From the IMG/VR virus record IMGVR_UViG_3300019378_000034: a stretch of 64,000 nt of DNA; one strand, 5' to 3'. Of the stretch, positions 1-7,775 are shown piece by piece (the first letter of the stretch is position 1; each line of letters opens with the position of its first letter). The translations under genes were made by a program, and so were the position numbers. This stretch comes from an uncultured virus (IMG/VR IMGVR_UViG_3300019378_000034). Taxonomy: Duplodnaviria; Heunggongvirae; Uroviricota; Caudoviricetes. The notes below the pieces were generated by a model. That model was not told the origin of the DNA, did not search any database, and saw only the letters and a program-made list of their open reading frames with translations.

Positions 1-49
1 AGGTATTTCAAGATGGCGAGTATGATGAAGTGGATTGGGAGGTAATTGA

Positions 50-166
50 ATGATTGTCAAAAAGTATTGGCGTAAATATAAAAATAGCCGGCATAGTGAT
101 CGTATGGGCTGGTTTCTTTTTGGATTTATTCCGCTTTACGTTGAAATGCATCCTTGGACTTTTTAA
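50..166 (+). CDS. small hypothetical protein (38 aa)
   Basis: GGAGG RBS, ATGA overlap with the upstream partial gene; MIVKKYWRK...GWFLFGFIPLY, TAA stop. Below the ORF-track cutoff. Confidence 0.55.
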   Translation: MIVKKYWRKYKNSRHSDRMGWFLFGFIPLYVEMHPWTF

Positions 167-181
167 GAAAGGAGTAACATC

Positions 182-436
182 ATGGCAAAGGTTCATTATT
201 CTCCCTGCGACAAGCTCACCTATAAGGTGCTCGCGCAGTATGGTTGTCAGTCCTCTCAGCAGGTTCGCACTTGTATGAACCGTCTTTATGATGATTCCTA
301 CTCTACTGGCTCTATCGGAGCCAGTCTGCGCAAGATGGCGCAGAAAGGTGTGGCCGCTTCCTCTTTAAATGAACGTGGTCAGAAGATTTATTGGATTACC
401 GACTATGGTAAGGAGTGTGCAAAGGATTATGAGTAA
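182..436 (+). CDS. small winged-helix-like DNA-binding protein
   Basis: AAGGAG RBS; SIGASLRKMAQKGV...KIYWITDYG resembles a wHTH recognition helix and wing. Confidence 0.6.
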   Translation: MAKVHYSPCDKLTYKVLAQYGCQSSQQVRTCMNRLYDDSYSTGSIGASLRKMAQKGVAASSLNERGQKIYWITDYGKECAKDYE

Positions 437-614
437 AAAGAATTATTGGATTGTTAATAACACCTACAATAATTCCAGGATGCTTATCATTTGTCCTATT
501 TGCGCAGAATGGTATGAGATTCCCAACAGTCTTGAAGAACTGAAGTGTTATCGTCATTGCCCTTGGTGCGGTGAGCCATTGTTCGTAAAGGAGAACAAAG
601 ATGGAGCGAATTGA
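429..614 (+). CDS. zinc-ribbon protein
   Basis: CPIC...CPWCG; ATG 429 overlaps the upstream gene end. Confidence 0.65.
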   Translation: MSKKNYWIVNNTYNNSRMLIICPICAEWYEIPNSLEELKCYRHCPWCGEPLFVKENKDGAN

Positions 615-741
615 AGTTCAGTATGTAAATGAATATAGAAAGAAAGAAAGTGTGGGTGGCTTGGCTTTTGTCGTACTGACAAGTCTTGGTTTTCTCGTAG
701 CAGTTGGCGCCCTGTGTACTCTCTTGTGGGTAATACGATGA
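601..741 (+). CDS. small membrane protein (46 aa)
   Basis: AAGGAG RBS; one hydrophobic stretch GLAFVVLTSLGFLVAVGALCTLLWV; ATGA overlap with the next gene. Confidence 0.55.
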   Translation: MERIEVQYVNEYRKKESVGGLAFVVLTSLGFLVAVGALCTLLWVIR

Positions 742-1052
742 TTAAAGAAGAAAAGAAAGATCTCGTAGATAGACGAGAACTTTATAGGCTTATGGTTAAT
801 AGAATGAATGAAAAAAGCAATGGTGCAACTTTGAATTCATCTTTAACTTTAGGTGAATTTATGGAGATTCTTTTTGATTTGCCTTTACAAGATGAACTTA
901 ATGCCGTATGGATTTTAGATGGCTCAATTTGGCGTTGCTCCTGGTGCAGAATGTCTGCGCTTGAAAGTTTCGGCAAATCTTTTCCTTCAAAACATTGCCC
1001 TTATTGTGGCCGTCGTATGAAAATGGAGGGTAATCTTGAAAGTAAAACGTGA
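738..1052 (+). CDS. zinc-ribbon protein
   Basis: CSWC...CPYCG; start at ATG 738 inferred from the ATGA overlap. Confidence 0.65.
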   Translation: MIKEEKKDLVDRRELYRLMVNRMNEKSNGATLNSSLTLGEFMEILFDLPLQDELNAVWILDGSIWRCSWCRMSALESFGKSFPSKHCPYCGRRMKMEGNLESKT

Positions 1053-1248
1053 TGAACATTGGATAGCAAAAATCCAAATGTTTCCTGGTGATAGATTAAT
1101 GAACCGAGTAGTCTGGATTTATCAAGTTGAGAAGAGCGGTGATATTGGATTCATGTTAATTGGTGACGAAGATGTATATTGGCGCTCTCAGGTTGAATGG
1201 TTTGAGCCTATTCGGAGATTGGCGGTAAGTGAAAATGATGTTGAGTGA
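1036..1248 (+). CDS. hypothetical protein
   Basis: GGAGG RBS, TTG start, tightly packed in the operon. Confidence 0.55.
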   Translation: MKVKRDEHWIAKIQMFPGDRLMNRVVWIYQVEKSGDIGFMLIGDEDVYWRSQVEWFEPIRRLAVSENDVE

Positions 1249-1423
1249 AAATCATGAATTAGGTTTTAGTGCTGCTAAAGCAAAAGGCAAAGGTTGGGAA
1301 GAGGTCAAGCCTCGTCCCATCAGAGTTGACTATGGCTTTAAGTGTAGAGACTGTGGCGCGCAGATTGATGGTTTTGTAGTAAGTCCTCGATTCTGTCCTT
1401 ATTGTGGAAAGGAGCATGGATAA
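1238..1423 (+). CDS. zinc-ribbon protein
   Basis: CRDC...CPYCG; exact start uncertain (1229-1238). Confidence 0.6.
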   Translation: MLSENHELGFSAAKAKGKGWEEVKPRPIRVDYGFKCRDCGAQIDGFVVSPRFCPYCGKEHG

Positions 1424-1684
1424 ATGGCTGAAATAAAGCGTTTTACTGCAGAACAAGCAAGAGCTATGATGCCTTCAAAGAAAACATTTTCTGGATATGA
1501 AATATTGTTAAATTATACTTATCGAAATATTAAAGGTGCAGCAGTAGCTAATAAAAATTTTGTTTATATTAACACTTCTTCTTTTTTAGGCAACAGTATT
1601 GTCAATGTTCTTAACACTCTTAAAGAAGATGGTTATTCCGCTGAATATGATTACAGCGCAGACCGAATTATAGTGAGGTGGTAA
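1424..1684 (+). CDS. hypothetical protein, tandem paralog family copy 1
   Basis: FTAEQARAM...LKEDGY...IVRW pattern shared with the next genes. Confidence 0.7.
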   Translation: MAEIKRFTAEQARAMMPSKKTFSGYEILLNYTYRNIKGAAVANKNFVYINTSSFLGNSIVNVLNTLKEDGYSAEYDYSADRIIVRW

Positions 1685-1685
1685 A

Positions 1686-1940
1686 GTGTTTGATCGTAAA
1701 GATATTAGTGCAGTAGAAGCGAGAGGAATTGTAGCAGGCGTAAACTGGGATGATTTTGTTGATAGCAAAATCAAGCAGTGTAATGAACAAATTCGTACCT
1801 ATGCTAAGTATGGTTATCGTGAAGCACGTGTTGACCTTTGGTCAAAAGAACAATATGTTTGGAACAAGGTGATAGAACATTTTGAACTCAAAGGCTTTGA
1901 AGTAAAGCGTGAGTGGTGTGGCCTTATTTTTAAGTGGTGA
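1686..1940 (+). CDS. hypothetical protein, paralog copy 2
   Basis: ISAVEARGI...FELKGF...IFKW. Confidence 0.7.
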   Translation: MFDRKDISAVEARGIVAGVNWDDFVDSKIKQCNEQIRTYAKYGYREARVDLWSKEQYVWNKVIEHFELKGFEVKREWCGLIFKW

Positions 1941-1948
1941 GGAGATTT

Positions 1949-2236
1949 ATGAAAAGTTTTTCCAAAAAATCTGAGCGCAAACCCGAACGTTTAACTGCGG
2001 CACAGGCTCGCGCGATTCCTATTGAGGATTCTCTAGTTGAGAATGTGTTGCAGGAAATGTACAAGGGGATTCGAGAAGTTGCTAGTCATGGTGGTTCTGA
2101 AATTCTTTGGCGCCATAGTTCCTTTTCAGATGGTGTAAAGGAAATTGTTAAGCAGCGACTTATTGATGATGGTTATCATGTTGTTGATAGTAGAAGTGCT
2201 TTTGTTTGGAAGATAATTTGGAGGGAGCTGTGGTAA
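1949..2236 (+). CDS. hypothetical protein, paralog copy 3
   Basis: LTAAQARAI...LIDDGY...KIIW; GAGGAG RBS before ATG 1949. Confidence 0.7.
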   Translation: MKSFSKKSERKPERLTAAQARAIPIEDSLVENVLQEMYKGIREVASHGGSEILWRHSSFSDGVKEIVKQRLIDDGYHVVDSRSAFVWKIIWRELW

Positions 2237-2506
2237 ATGACTTGGAGAGAAGTTGGCTATAAAATTTTGGTTATTTTTATTGCTTTGGCGCTGTGTACGT
2301 GTCTAAGTGTGTTTCTGAGTTCTTGTGGACGACCAGGTCCTGGATATGATTCCTATGGTGGAACTTTGTTTGAACGAGTGACTACTTATGACGATTGTAA
2401 TGTTTATCGTCACAAAGGCAACAATGTATTATACGCCTACAGTGGCTCTGGTTTTACTGTGATGCTTAATCCAGATGGTACAGCTATGGTATGGGAAGGT
2501 CGTTAA
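2237..2506 (+). CDS. putative lipoprotein/membrane-anchored protein
   Basis: Hydrophobic N-terminus ending LSSC (lipobox-like). Confidence 0.6.
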   Translation: MTWREVGYKILVIFIALALCTCLSVFLSSCGRPGPGYDSYGGTLFERVTTYDDCNVYRHKGNNVLYAYSGSGFTVMLNPDGTAMVWEGR

Positions 2507-2517
2507 GGAGGAGTTGT

Positions 2518-2672
2518 ATGGAAAAGTTTACTGCGGCGCAGCTTATAAAGTAAAAGATTTTCTGGAAAAAGATGAAGGATATAGCGTTATCTTGTCACTA
2601 ATGATGACTTCATTTAGTTTTTGTATCAATTGGCGCGAACCCGAAAATTTTTCCAAAAATCCTGTCGGTTGA
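2518..2672 (+). pseudogene. internally deleted, frameshifted fourth paralog
   Basis: AGGAGG RBS then MEKFTAAQ (family N-terminus), stopping after 11 codons; the family C-terminus LEKDEGY...CINW lies in another frame. Confidence 0.55.
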
Positions 2673-2688
2673 TGCTGTTCGCGCCGAA

Positions 2689-3117
2689 TCAATTAATTTC
2701 ACCAAACCAGCCTTTTGCTTTAGCTAATTCTTCTTTTTGAATTGTCTCAATTCCTAAATATGGTTGTTGTTTTAATTTTAGAGTCTGAATAGCTTCAAGG
2801 TAATTACAAGGAATTCTTTGATTATTGGTTGAAAGTTGTTGATTGAATAAAGGCTAGTATAGAAATATATAATCTCTTTCTTTTTGTTTTAGATTTTTAG
2901 GATTTACACTTTCTATGATATTAAAAGATATTTCGTGACCTCTTTCAAGAAAGTTTTTCATAAGAGGATACCACAATTCTTGGCTATTTAAAATATTATA
3001 ACGATGAGAAAGAGCACGACCATATAGGTCAGCGCTCTACCCTATATATACCACTCTGCCATCAATACTTATGGAGTAAATGCCACTTTTAATTCCATGA
3101 TTATTAAAATCAAGCAT
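2689..3117 (-). CDS. GIY-YIG endonuclease (TAG=Gln, 142 aa)
   Basis: SGIYSI...VYIG*S (YIGQS) and E..YI..Y*PLFN motifs; in-frame TAGs at 3037-3039 and 2854-2856; TGA stop. Confidence 0.8.
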
Positions 3118-3265
3118 TATTTTTGTCCTCCTGTTCTAAGAATTTGATGATTGCGCGCCGCATAATTGAACTAACACTTTCTTGATATTTGGCGCAAAGT
3201 TGGTCAATTTTTTCTTTGGTTGCGCAGTCTACATAGGTTTGAACTTGATATTTTTTATTAGTCAT
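3110..3265 (-). CDS. ribbon-helix-helix (CopG-like) protein (51 aa)
   Basis: GGAGG RBS; KYQVQTYVD strand, KEKIDQLC helix, SVSSIMRRAIIKFL helix; overlaps the GIY-YIG start. Confidence 0.7.
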   Translation of the reverse strand: MTNKKYQVQTYVDCATKEKIDQLCAKYQESVSSIMRRAIIKFLEQEDKNNA

Positions 3266-3852
3266 TGATTAGACCTCCAAATATTTTCTAGAATTTTCTA
3301 TAATTTAAGTCAAATTATCGTAAAATAAGGCAATTTATTTGAGGACTGAATTTTGGCATATAAAAATTTTCTGAAAATTCTGTAGCAACTGATGGACAAT
3401 TTACACATTTAAAATGTAAGTAAACTTATAAATATACTTATAATTAAAAGGGTACCGCAAGGTACTCCGCAACTTGTACTTCTACTTATAAGTATATGTA
3501 TAATTTATCTTATATTTAAAGGGCTAGTTGCAGCTGGCGTAGCCACGTACTCGGCCCGTACGTACATCTTCTTGTACATATAAATGTACATATATACGTA
3601 CATTTAAAGGACCTCAATCCGGCCCGTCCGTACCGCAGCTGGTACAGCAGGAGGACACCTCCACTTATAATTATACGTATATTTATTGGGCATGGGCCCG
3701 CAAGTCCAGCTCGTAATGTGGCCTCGTAAAAGTCAGAGGAGACCTCGTCGTGCACGATGGCGGCTTGTTAGATAGTGAGTTATTTGAATTTGTTTTAATT
3801 TGTTCCTGGCGCAAATTTTTATATACATCAAATTATAAGTATACTTATAATT

Positions 3853-4007
3853 AGAAGGGAGCATAAATAACACTTAAATCACAGCTCCCTTACAAATTTA
3901 TTTATATGTATTGGAATTGCTTTTTTCTTACCTCCCTTACCCATCATTGGCAATTCCTTTACTTACCATGACCGTCACTCAAGGCCGAACGAGTGGCGGT
4001 CTTTCTT
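3853..4007 (+). ncRNA. putative three-hairpin small RNA with anti-Shine-Dalgarno loop
   Basis: Stems AAGGGAGC/GCTCCCTT (3855-3891), GGAATTGC/GCAATTCC (3913-3957) and GACCGTCACTC/GAGTGGCGGTC followed by TTTCTT (3970-4007); a U-G wobble favours the + strand; no ORF. Confidence 0.55.
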
Positions 4008-4081
4008 ATACGAAAAATTGTGAAAACTTGACACCAATGAAAATTTGACGTGACGGGCGCCGCATAAGTTTATACACAAAG

Positions 4082-4112
4082 AAAAATCCCCTAGACCCGT
4101 AGGTCTAGGGGA
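4082..4112 (-). terminator. intrinsic terminator
   Basis: TCCCCTAGACC/GGTCTAGGGGA hairpin with a U-tract on the - strand, just after the 4131 stop. Confidence 0.8.
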
Positions 4113-4130
4113 CAATTCACTTGAGACAAC

Positions 4131-4511
4131 TCACTCAGCCGCAACAGCGGTGTAAGCTTTCTGAGTTCCCTTCTTGGGAATCTTAACCTCAGTCTGGACA
4201 GCCAGGCCCAGCTCAACAGCCTTACGGCACAGGGAGCTTGCCTTCTGAACCTTGATTTCCTCGCCCAGCATCTCGGTCAGCTCAGCGGCAACATCAGTTG
4301 CAGTCTTGGCTTCAGCGCCCAGAATTTCAGCAGCGACACGACGTGCCAGTGCTTCATTTGCATCACGCTTAGCCTGTTCCTTCTCGGATACCTTGCCCTT
4401 ACGAGCTGCCAGCTGAGCATCCATCTTGATCAGCTGCTCTACAGCAAAGTCCTTCATTTCCTCGGTCATTTCGCCTTCGGATACCTTAACAAAAAATTCA
4501 CGCTTAGTCAT
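4131..4511 (-). CDS. putative winged-helix DNA-binding protein, paralog A
   Basis: MTKREFF...KASSLCRKAVELG...VKIPKKG; clear paralog of 7131-7523. Confidence 0.7.
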   Translation of the reverse strand: MTKREFFVKVSEGEMTEEMKDFAVEQLIKMDAQLAARKGKVSEKEQAKRDANEALARRVAAEILGAEAKTATDVAAELTEMLGEEIKVQKASSLCRKAVELGLAVQTEVKIPKKGTQKAYTAVAAE

Positions 4512-4593
4512 TTGCGTTTCTCCTTCTCGCGTTGGTCGCGACCCATAAAATGTTTATAAGTTAAGAGTTACATCTCTCTTACTTTCTATATAT

Positions 4594-4723
4594 ATTATAC
4601 CAGAAATTTGTAGCTTTTTCAAATTTCGGCAAGTAAGATTTCCCAAAAGATTTTACAGCTTTTTCTGTTATATCTCTCTCAACCTTACACATATATTATA
4701 CCTTAAATTTCCAGCTTTTTCAA
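4594..4723 (-). promoter_or_regulatory. tandem duplicated sigma-A promoters
   Basis: TTGAAA-N17-TATAAT at 4622-4594 and at 4723-4695, with similar flanks. Confidence 0.75.
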
Positions 4724-5035
4724 AGTTTAGCAGCTGCTATGAAAATTTGACAAAACGCAGCTGGCGCAGCTGATGTAGCTGGTTTGTAGCTGCTTTGGAA
4801 ATTTGACAGGGGTGGAAACTTGACACCGACAGTGGTGCCGTGCCGGACAAGTCAAATTTTAAGTGATGTCAAATTTTGGCCCGCATAAAATTCCATAATT
4901 ATTTGTCAACTTGTTATGTCAACCTAAAGGAAAATTGTGTAAATTGCACAAAGAAAATTTGAAAAAATTAAATTTAGACGCAACACGTCTAAATAACTGC
5001 CCATGAAAAATGTCCGCCAGTGGCGGACACTTCTC

Positions 5036-5944
5036 TTAGAAATCACAGTCGATGTAATCAGCAAATTCGGGATGCTGATATACAAACTTTTTAACAGTGC
5101 CGAGGATACGGAAGGGGAAATACTCAATTCCCATTTCAACCTGATTCTTGGCTTTCTTGACAATCAAGGCGAAAATCTCACTTTCGATGTCGGCATCGTC
5201 AATGGCGGTGTGGGCTTCATCAAAGTCCAGTTTACCAGAGGCGAATCTGTAAGCGGTTTCGGCAGAGGTCTTGAAATATTTTCCGCTTTCGGTCTGCCAT
5301 CCGTTGCGCAGGCAAGTCGCCTTATATTCATCATTATCCATGATGTACTTACAGGACAGGCCCCAGAGGTCAAACAGGGGATAAACTTTGCCACGGAAGC
5401 GGAAAACATCGGGGTCAAACTCTTTGGAATTGGAGGAGCCAAAACCGTTTGCGATTTTTTCGCAAATCTGATTCTGATTTCTCAGCCAGTCATGGAAGTC
5501 GGGGGAGTAAAGCTGATTGATATACAACTCAGTAAAGGGGATTGCTTTCTTGAAGTCAAACATGGAGTTATAGGCGCCGACAGCTTCGACGTGCTCCATG
5601 TCCGCCACCAGTTCAGCGGAAGCGGTTTTCCAGTCGGTCAAAGTGATTTCGCCCCGGTTCAGCTTCTCGATATATAAAGGACGTTTGGAAGCATAATAGG
5701 CGGTATCGAAAATGGAAGGGACGGAGAAGATCTCAGAAATCAGAAAATTTTTCCGGCTGTAGACTCTACCCTTTTTGTCGATAATTTTCCAGCCCAGGTC
5801 ATAAATGAGCGGTTTTGCAATCGCCACATTTTTCTTTGCTTCTGCCGGCAGGTTGCCCGCGCAGGGCAGGGTTGCGGATTCGCAATCCAACACAAGATAA
5901 TACTTGCGCCGACGGTCAAACTTCACACTAACGCTTGCTTTCAT
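5036..5944 (-). CDS. DEDDh 3'-5' exonuclease
   Basis: LDCE (ExoI), AYNSMFD (ExoII), HTAIDD (ExoIII) motifs. Confidence 0.8.
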   Translation of the reverse strand: MKASVSVKFDRRRKYYLVLDCESATLPCAGNLPAEAKKNVAIAKPLIYDLGWKIIDKKGRVYSRKNFLISEIFSVPSIFDTAYYASKRPLYIEKLNRGEITLTDWKTASAELVADMEHVEAVGAYNSMFDFKKAIPFTELYINQLYSPDFHDWLRNQNQICEKIANGFGSSNSKEFDPDVFRFRGKVYPLFDLWGLSCKYIMDNDEYKATCLRNGWQTESGKYFKTSAETAYRFASGKLDFDEAHTAIDDADIESEIFALIVKKAKNQVEMGIEYFPFRILGTVKKFVYQHPEFADYIDCDF

Positions 5945-6006
5945 AATAAATCAAATCCTTTCTTTATTGGTGGGGTGTACCTTCGTTTCCCTCACCTGAC
6001 ATGGAT

Positions 6007-6035
6007 ATAATACCATATATGAAAACAAAAGTCAA
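6007..6035 (-). promoter_or_regulatory. sigma-A promoter
   Basis: TTGACT-N17-TATTAT with extended -10 TG. Confidence 0.7.
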
Positions 6036-6101
6036 TACATTTTCCAAAAATTCCAGAACTTATTTAGGCGTAATACGTCTAAATATAGGAAAAGCGGAGC
6101 A

Positions 6102-6440
6102 TTACTGCCCCGCCTCCTTTTTTGCTTCCTGCTTTGCTTTTTTCTTTGCGGCTTCGGCTTCCTTTTCAGCCGCCTTTGCCGCCTTTTTCTCAAGGCTCAT
6201 TTTGTAGTCCTCGGCCATGGAGTAGCCGTCATAGGGGTCGCCGCCACGCTCGCCAGTAGGGACTTTGAAGGTCAGCACAAGCCAGCGTTCCTCACCGTCA
6301 CTGTCAACGACAGGCAGGGCGATTTCGTTGGACTTTACGCGCAGAACTTCCTCACCGCAATTTTCGAGATGCTCGGAAACACCCTCCAAAAAGCGCAACT
6401 TGATTTCTTCGTCAAGTTGCTTCCTAGTCAACTTTGCCAT
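6102..6440 (-). CDS. hypothetical protein with Lys/Ala-rich tail
   Basis: AAAGGA RBS, own promoter, KKAAKAAEKEAEAAKKK C-terminus. Confidence 0.7.
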   Translation of the reverse strand: MAKLTRKQLDEEIKLRFLEGVSEHLENCGEEVLRVKSNEIALPVVDSDGEERWLVLTFKVPTGERGGDPYDGYSMAEDYKMSLEKKAAKAAEKEAEAAKKKAKQEAKKEAGQ

Positions 6441-6475
6441 CTGTAATCATCCTTTCCTTTCTGATTTACATGGAT

Positions 6476-6504
6476 ATTTTAACATATAATTTTTTATTTG
6501 TCAA
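6476..6504 (-). promoter_or_regulatory. sigma-A promoter
   Basis: TTGACA-N17-TAAAAT with TG extension. Confidence 0.75.
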
Positions 6505-6552
6505 TAGAAAATTCCAGAAAATTTAGACGTGTTACGTCTAAGTAAAAGTCAT

Positions 6553-6984
6553 TCATTTCTGAATGACCTTATCGAGAGAAGTTTCTGCGCTGACTTCTTC
6601 CCAGTTTTCGACGTTGTAATATTCTACAACTTTATCTGCGCTGGAAATCATCATCATAGAATATGTAGTGTTGGGTTCGCCGCAAAGAATTTGTACAACT
6701 CTTTTCCCAGCGGCCATAGCATAGCCAGCTTCCCAAGCTGTGCCGCTGTCGGAGTACATACCATGGTTCATAACGAGAACTACATCACAGTCATTGATGG
6801 CGCGCACATCTTCATCGAATACATAGCCAGCCCAGGTTTTATTCGGCATCTGCCAGGCACCTTCGATTGTATGCTCACGAGGAACATAAACATCATAACC
6901 CTTGGCGCGCAGACCTTCAATTGCCCCTTCGTACATGAGGATTTCATTGATATTAAAGAAGGGAGAAGCAAGATAAATTTTCAT
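6553..6984 (-). CDS. nucleoside 2-deoxyribosyltransferase-family protein
   Basis: KIYLASPFF, DVRAINDCD, DSGTAWEAGYA family motifs. Confidence 0.85.
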   Translation of the reverse strand: MKIYLASPFFNINEILMYEGAIEGLRAKGYDVYVPREHTIEGAWQMPNKTWAGYVFDEDVRAINDCDVVLVMNHGMYSDSGTAWEAGYAMAAGKRVVQILCGEPNTTYSMMMISSADKVVEYYNVENWEEVSAETSLDKVIQK

Positions 6985-7017
6985 TTTTATTTTTCCTTTC
7001 TTTTATTTTCTATAAAA

Positions 7018-7046
7018 ATTATATCATAAAATTTTATTTTTGTCAA
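7018..7046 (-). promoter_or_regulatory. sigma-A promoter
   Basis: Consensus TTGACA-N17-TATAAT. Confidence 0.85.
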
Positions 7047-7097
7047 ATTATTTTTGTTTATTGTTTAGACGCAAGACGTCTAAATAAAAATTTTTGA

Positions 7098-7123
7098 GAA
7101 AAAGGGCGAGATTTCTCTCGCCC
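7098..7123 (-). terminator. intrinsic terminator
   Basis: GGGCGAGA/TCTCGCCC hairpin plus U-tract after the 7131 stop. Confidence 0.75.
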
Positions 7124-7130
7124 CATTTTA

Positions 7131-7523
7131 TCATTCGGCATCAGCCGTGGTTGCCACGGCGTACTGCTTCATCTTGCCCTTCTTGGGAATCTTGATTTCG
7201 GTCACGGTCAGGCGACCATCTTCGACCATCTGGCGACACATGGAGGAAGCCTTGGAGGTGGAAACTTCATCGCCATCAGCGGTGGTCACGCCCTGCTTGT
7301 TGAGAGCTTCGGCAATGTCGGGAGAGGTCATGCCACCCTTTTCGGTCAGCAGGTTCAGAATGGAAATCTTGAGGGGTTCGTTCGCCTTGGACTTGGCGGA
7401 CTGCTGTTCAGCACGCTTGGCGTTGGTTGCATCCAGCTTCGCAATCTGCTCCAGGGCGTGTGCAACTTCGGCTTCGCCAACGATATTCTTGGACACATTC
7501 ACAAAAAACTCACGGTTAGTCAT
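7131..7523 (-). CDS. putative winged-helix DNA-binding protein, paralog B
   Basis: MTNREFF...MTSPDIAEAL...KASSMCRQMVEDG...IKIPKKG. Confidence 0.7.
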   Translation of the reverse strand: MTNREFFVNVSKNIVGEAEVAHALEQIAKLDATNAKRAEQQSAKSKANEPLKISILNLLTEKGGMTSPDIAEALNKQGVTTADGDEVSTSKASSMCRQMVEDGRLTVTEIKIPKKGKMKQYAVATTADAE

Positions 7524-7603
7524 AATAGACTCCTTTCATATTCGGCGGTAGGTTCGCCACCCATTTTATTTAGCAGAGGGTTCCTGTCCCTCACTGCTTT
7601 ATC

Positions 7604-7632
7604 ATTATAGCACATATTGTACTGGTTGTCAA
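7604..7632 (-). promoter_or_regulatory. sigma-A promoter
   Basis: TTGACA-N17-TATAAT. Confidence 0.8.
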
Positions 7633-7775
7633 GGGGTTTTTCAAAAATAATTTTTGAAAAATTTTGTCTGCCGAAAAGGTAGGACAGTTACAGCATCTGA
7701 CAAAAAGGTTCGACCATCGTGGACAACATCACGCACCGCAGAGCCTACTTGGGTTGGTTCCCCTCCCCTTGACAC
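7627..7775 (-). ncRNA. putative structured RNA (ORF-less cassette)
   Basis: Downstream of TTGCAT-N17-TATTAT (7808-7780) and a palindrome; ends pair through TGTCAAGGGG/CCCCTTGACA; internal TTTTGTC/GACAAAA stem. Confidence 0.45.

Noticed and set aside
3516..3755. 79-aa ORF in the palindrome-rich zone
   Set aside because: It has no RBS, and its low-complexity translation (CTYICTFIC) simply reflects the DNA repeats.
4935..4951. Rex operator
   Set aside because: TTGTG-N7-CACAA is one base shorter than the Rex consensus TTGTGAA-N4-TTCACAA.
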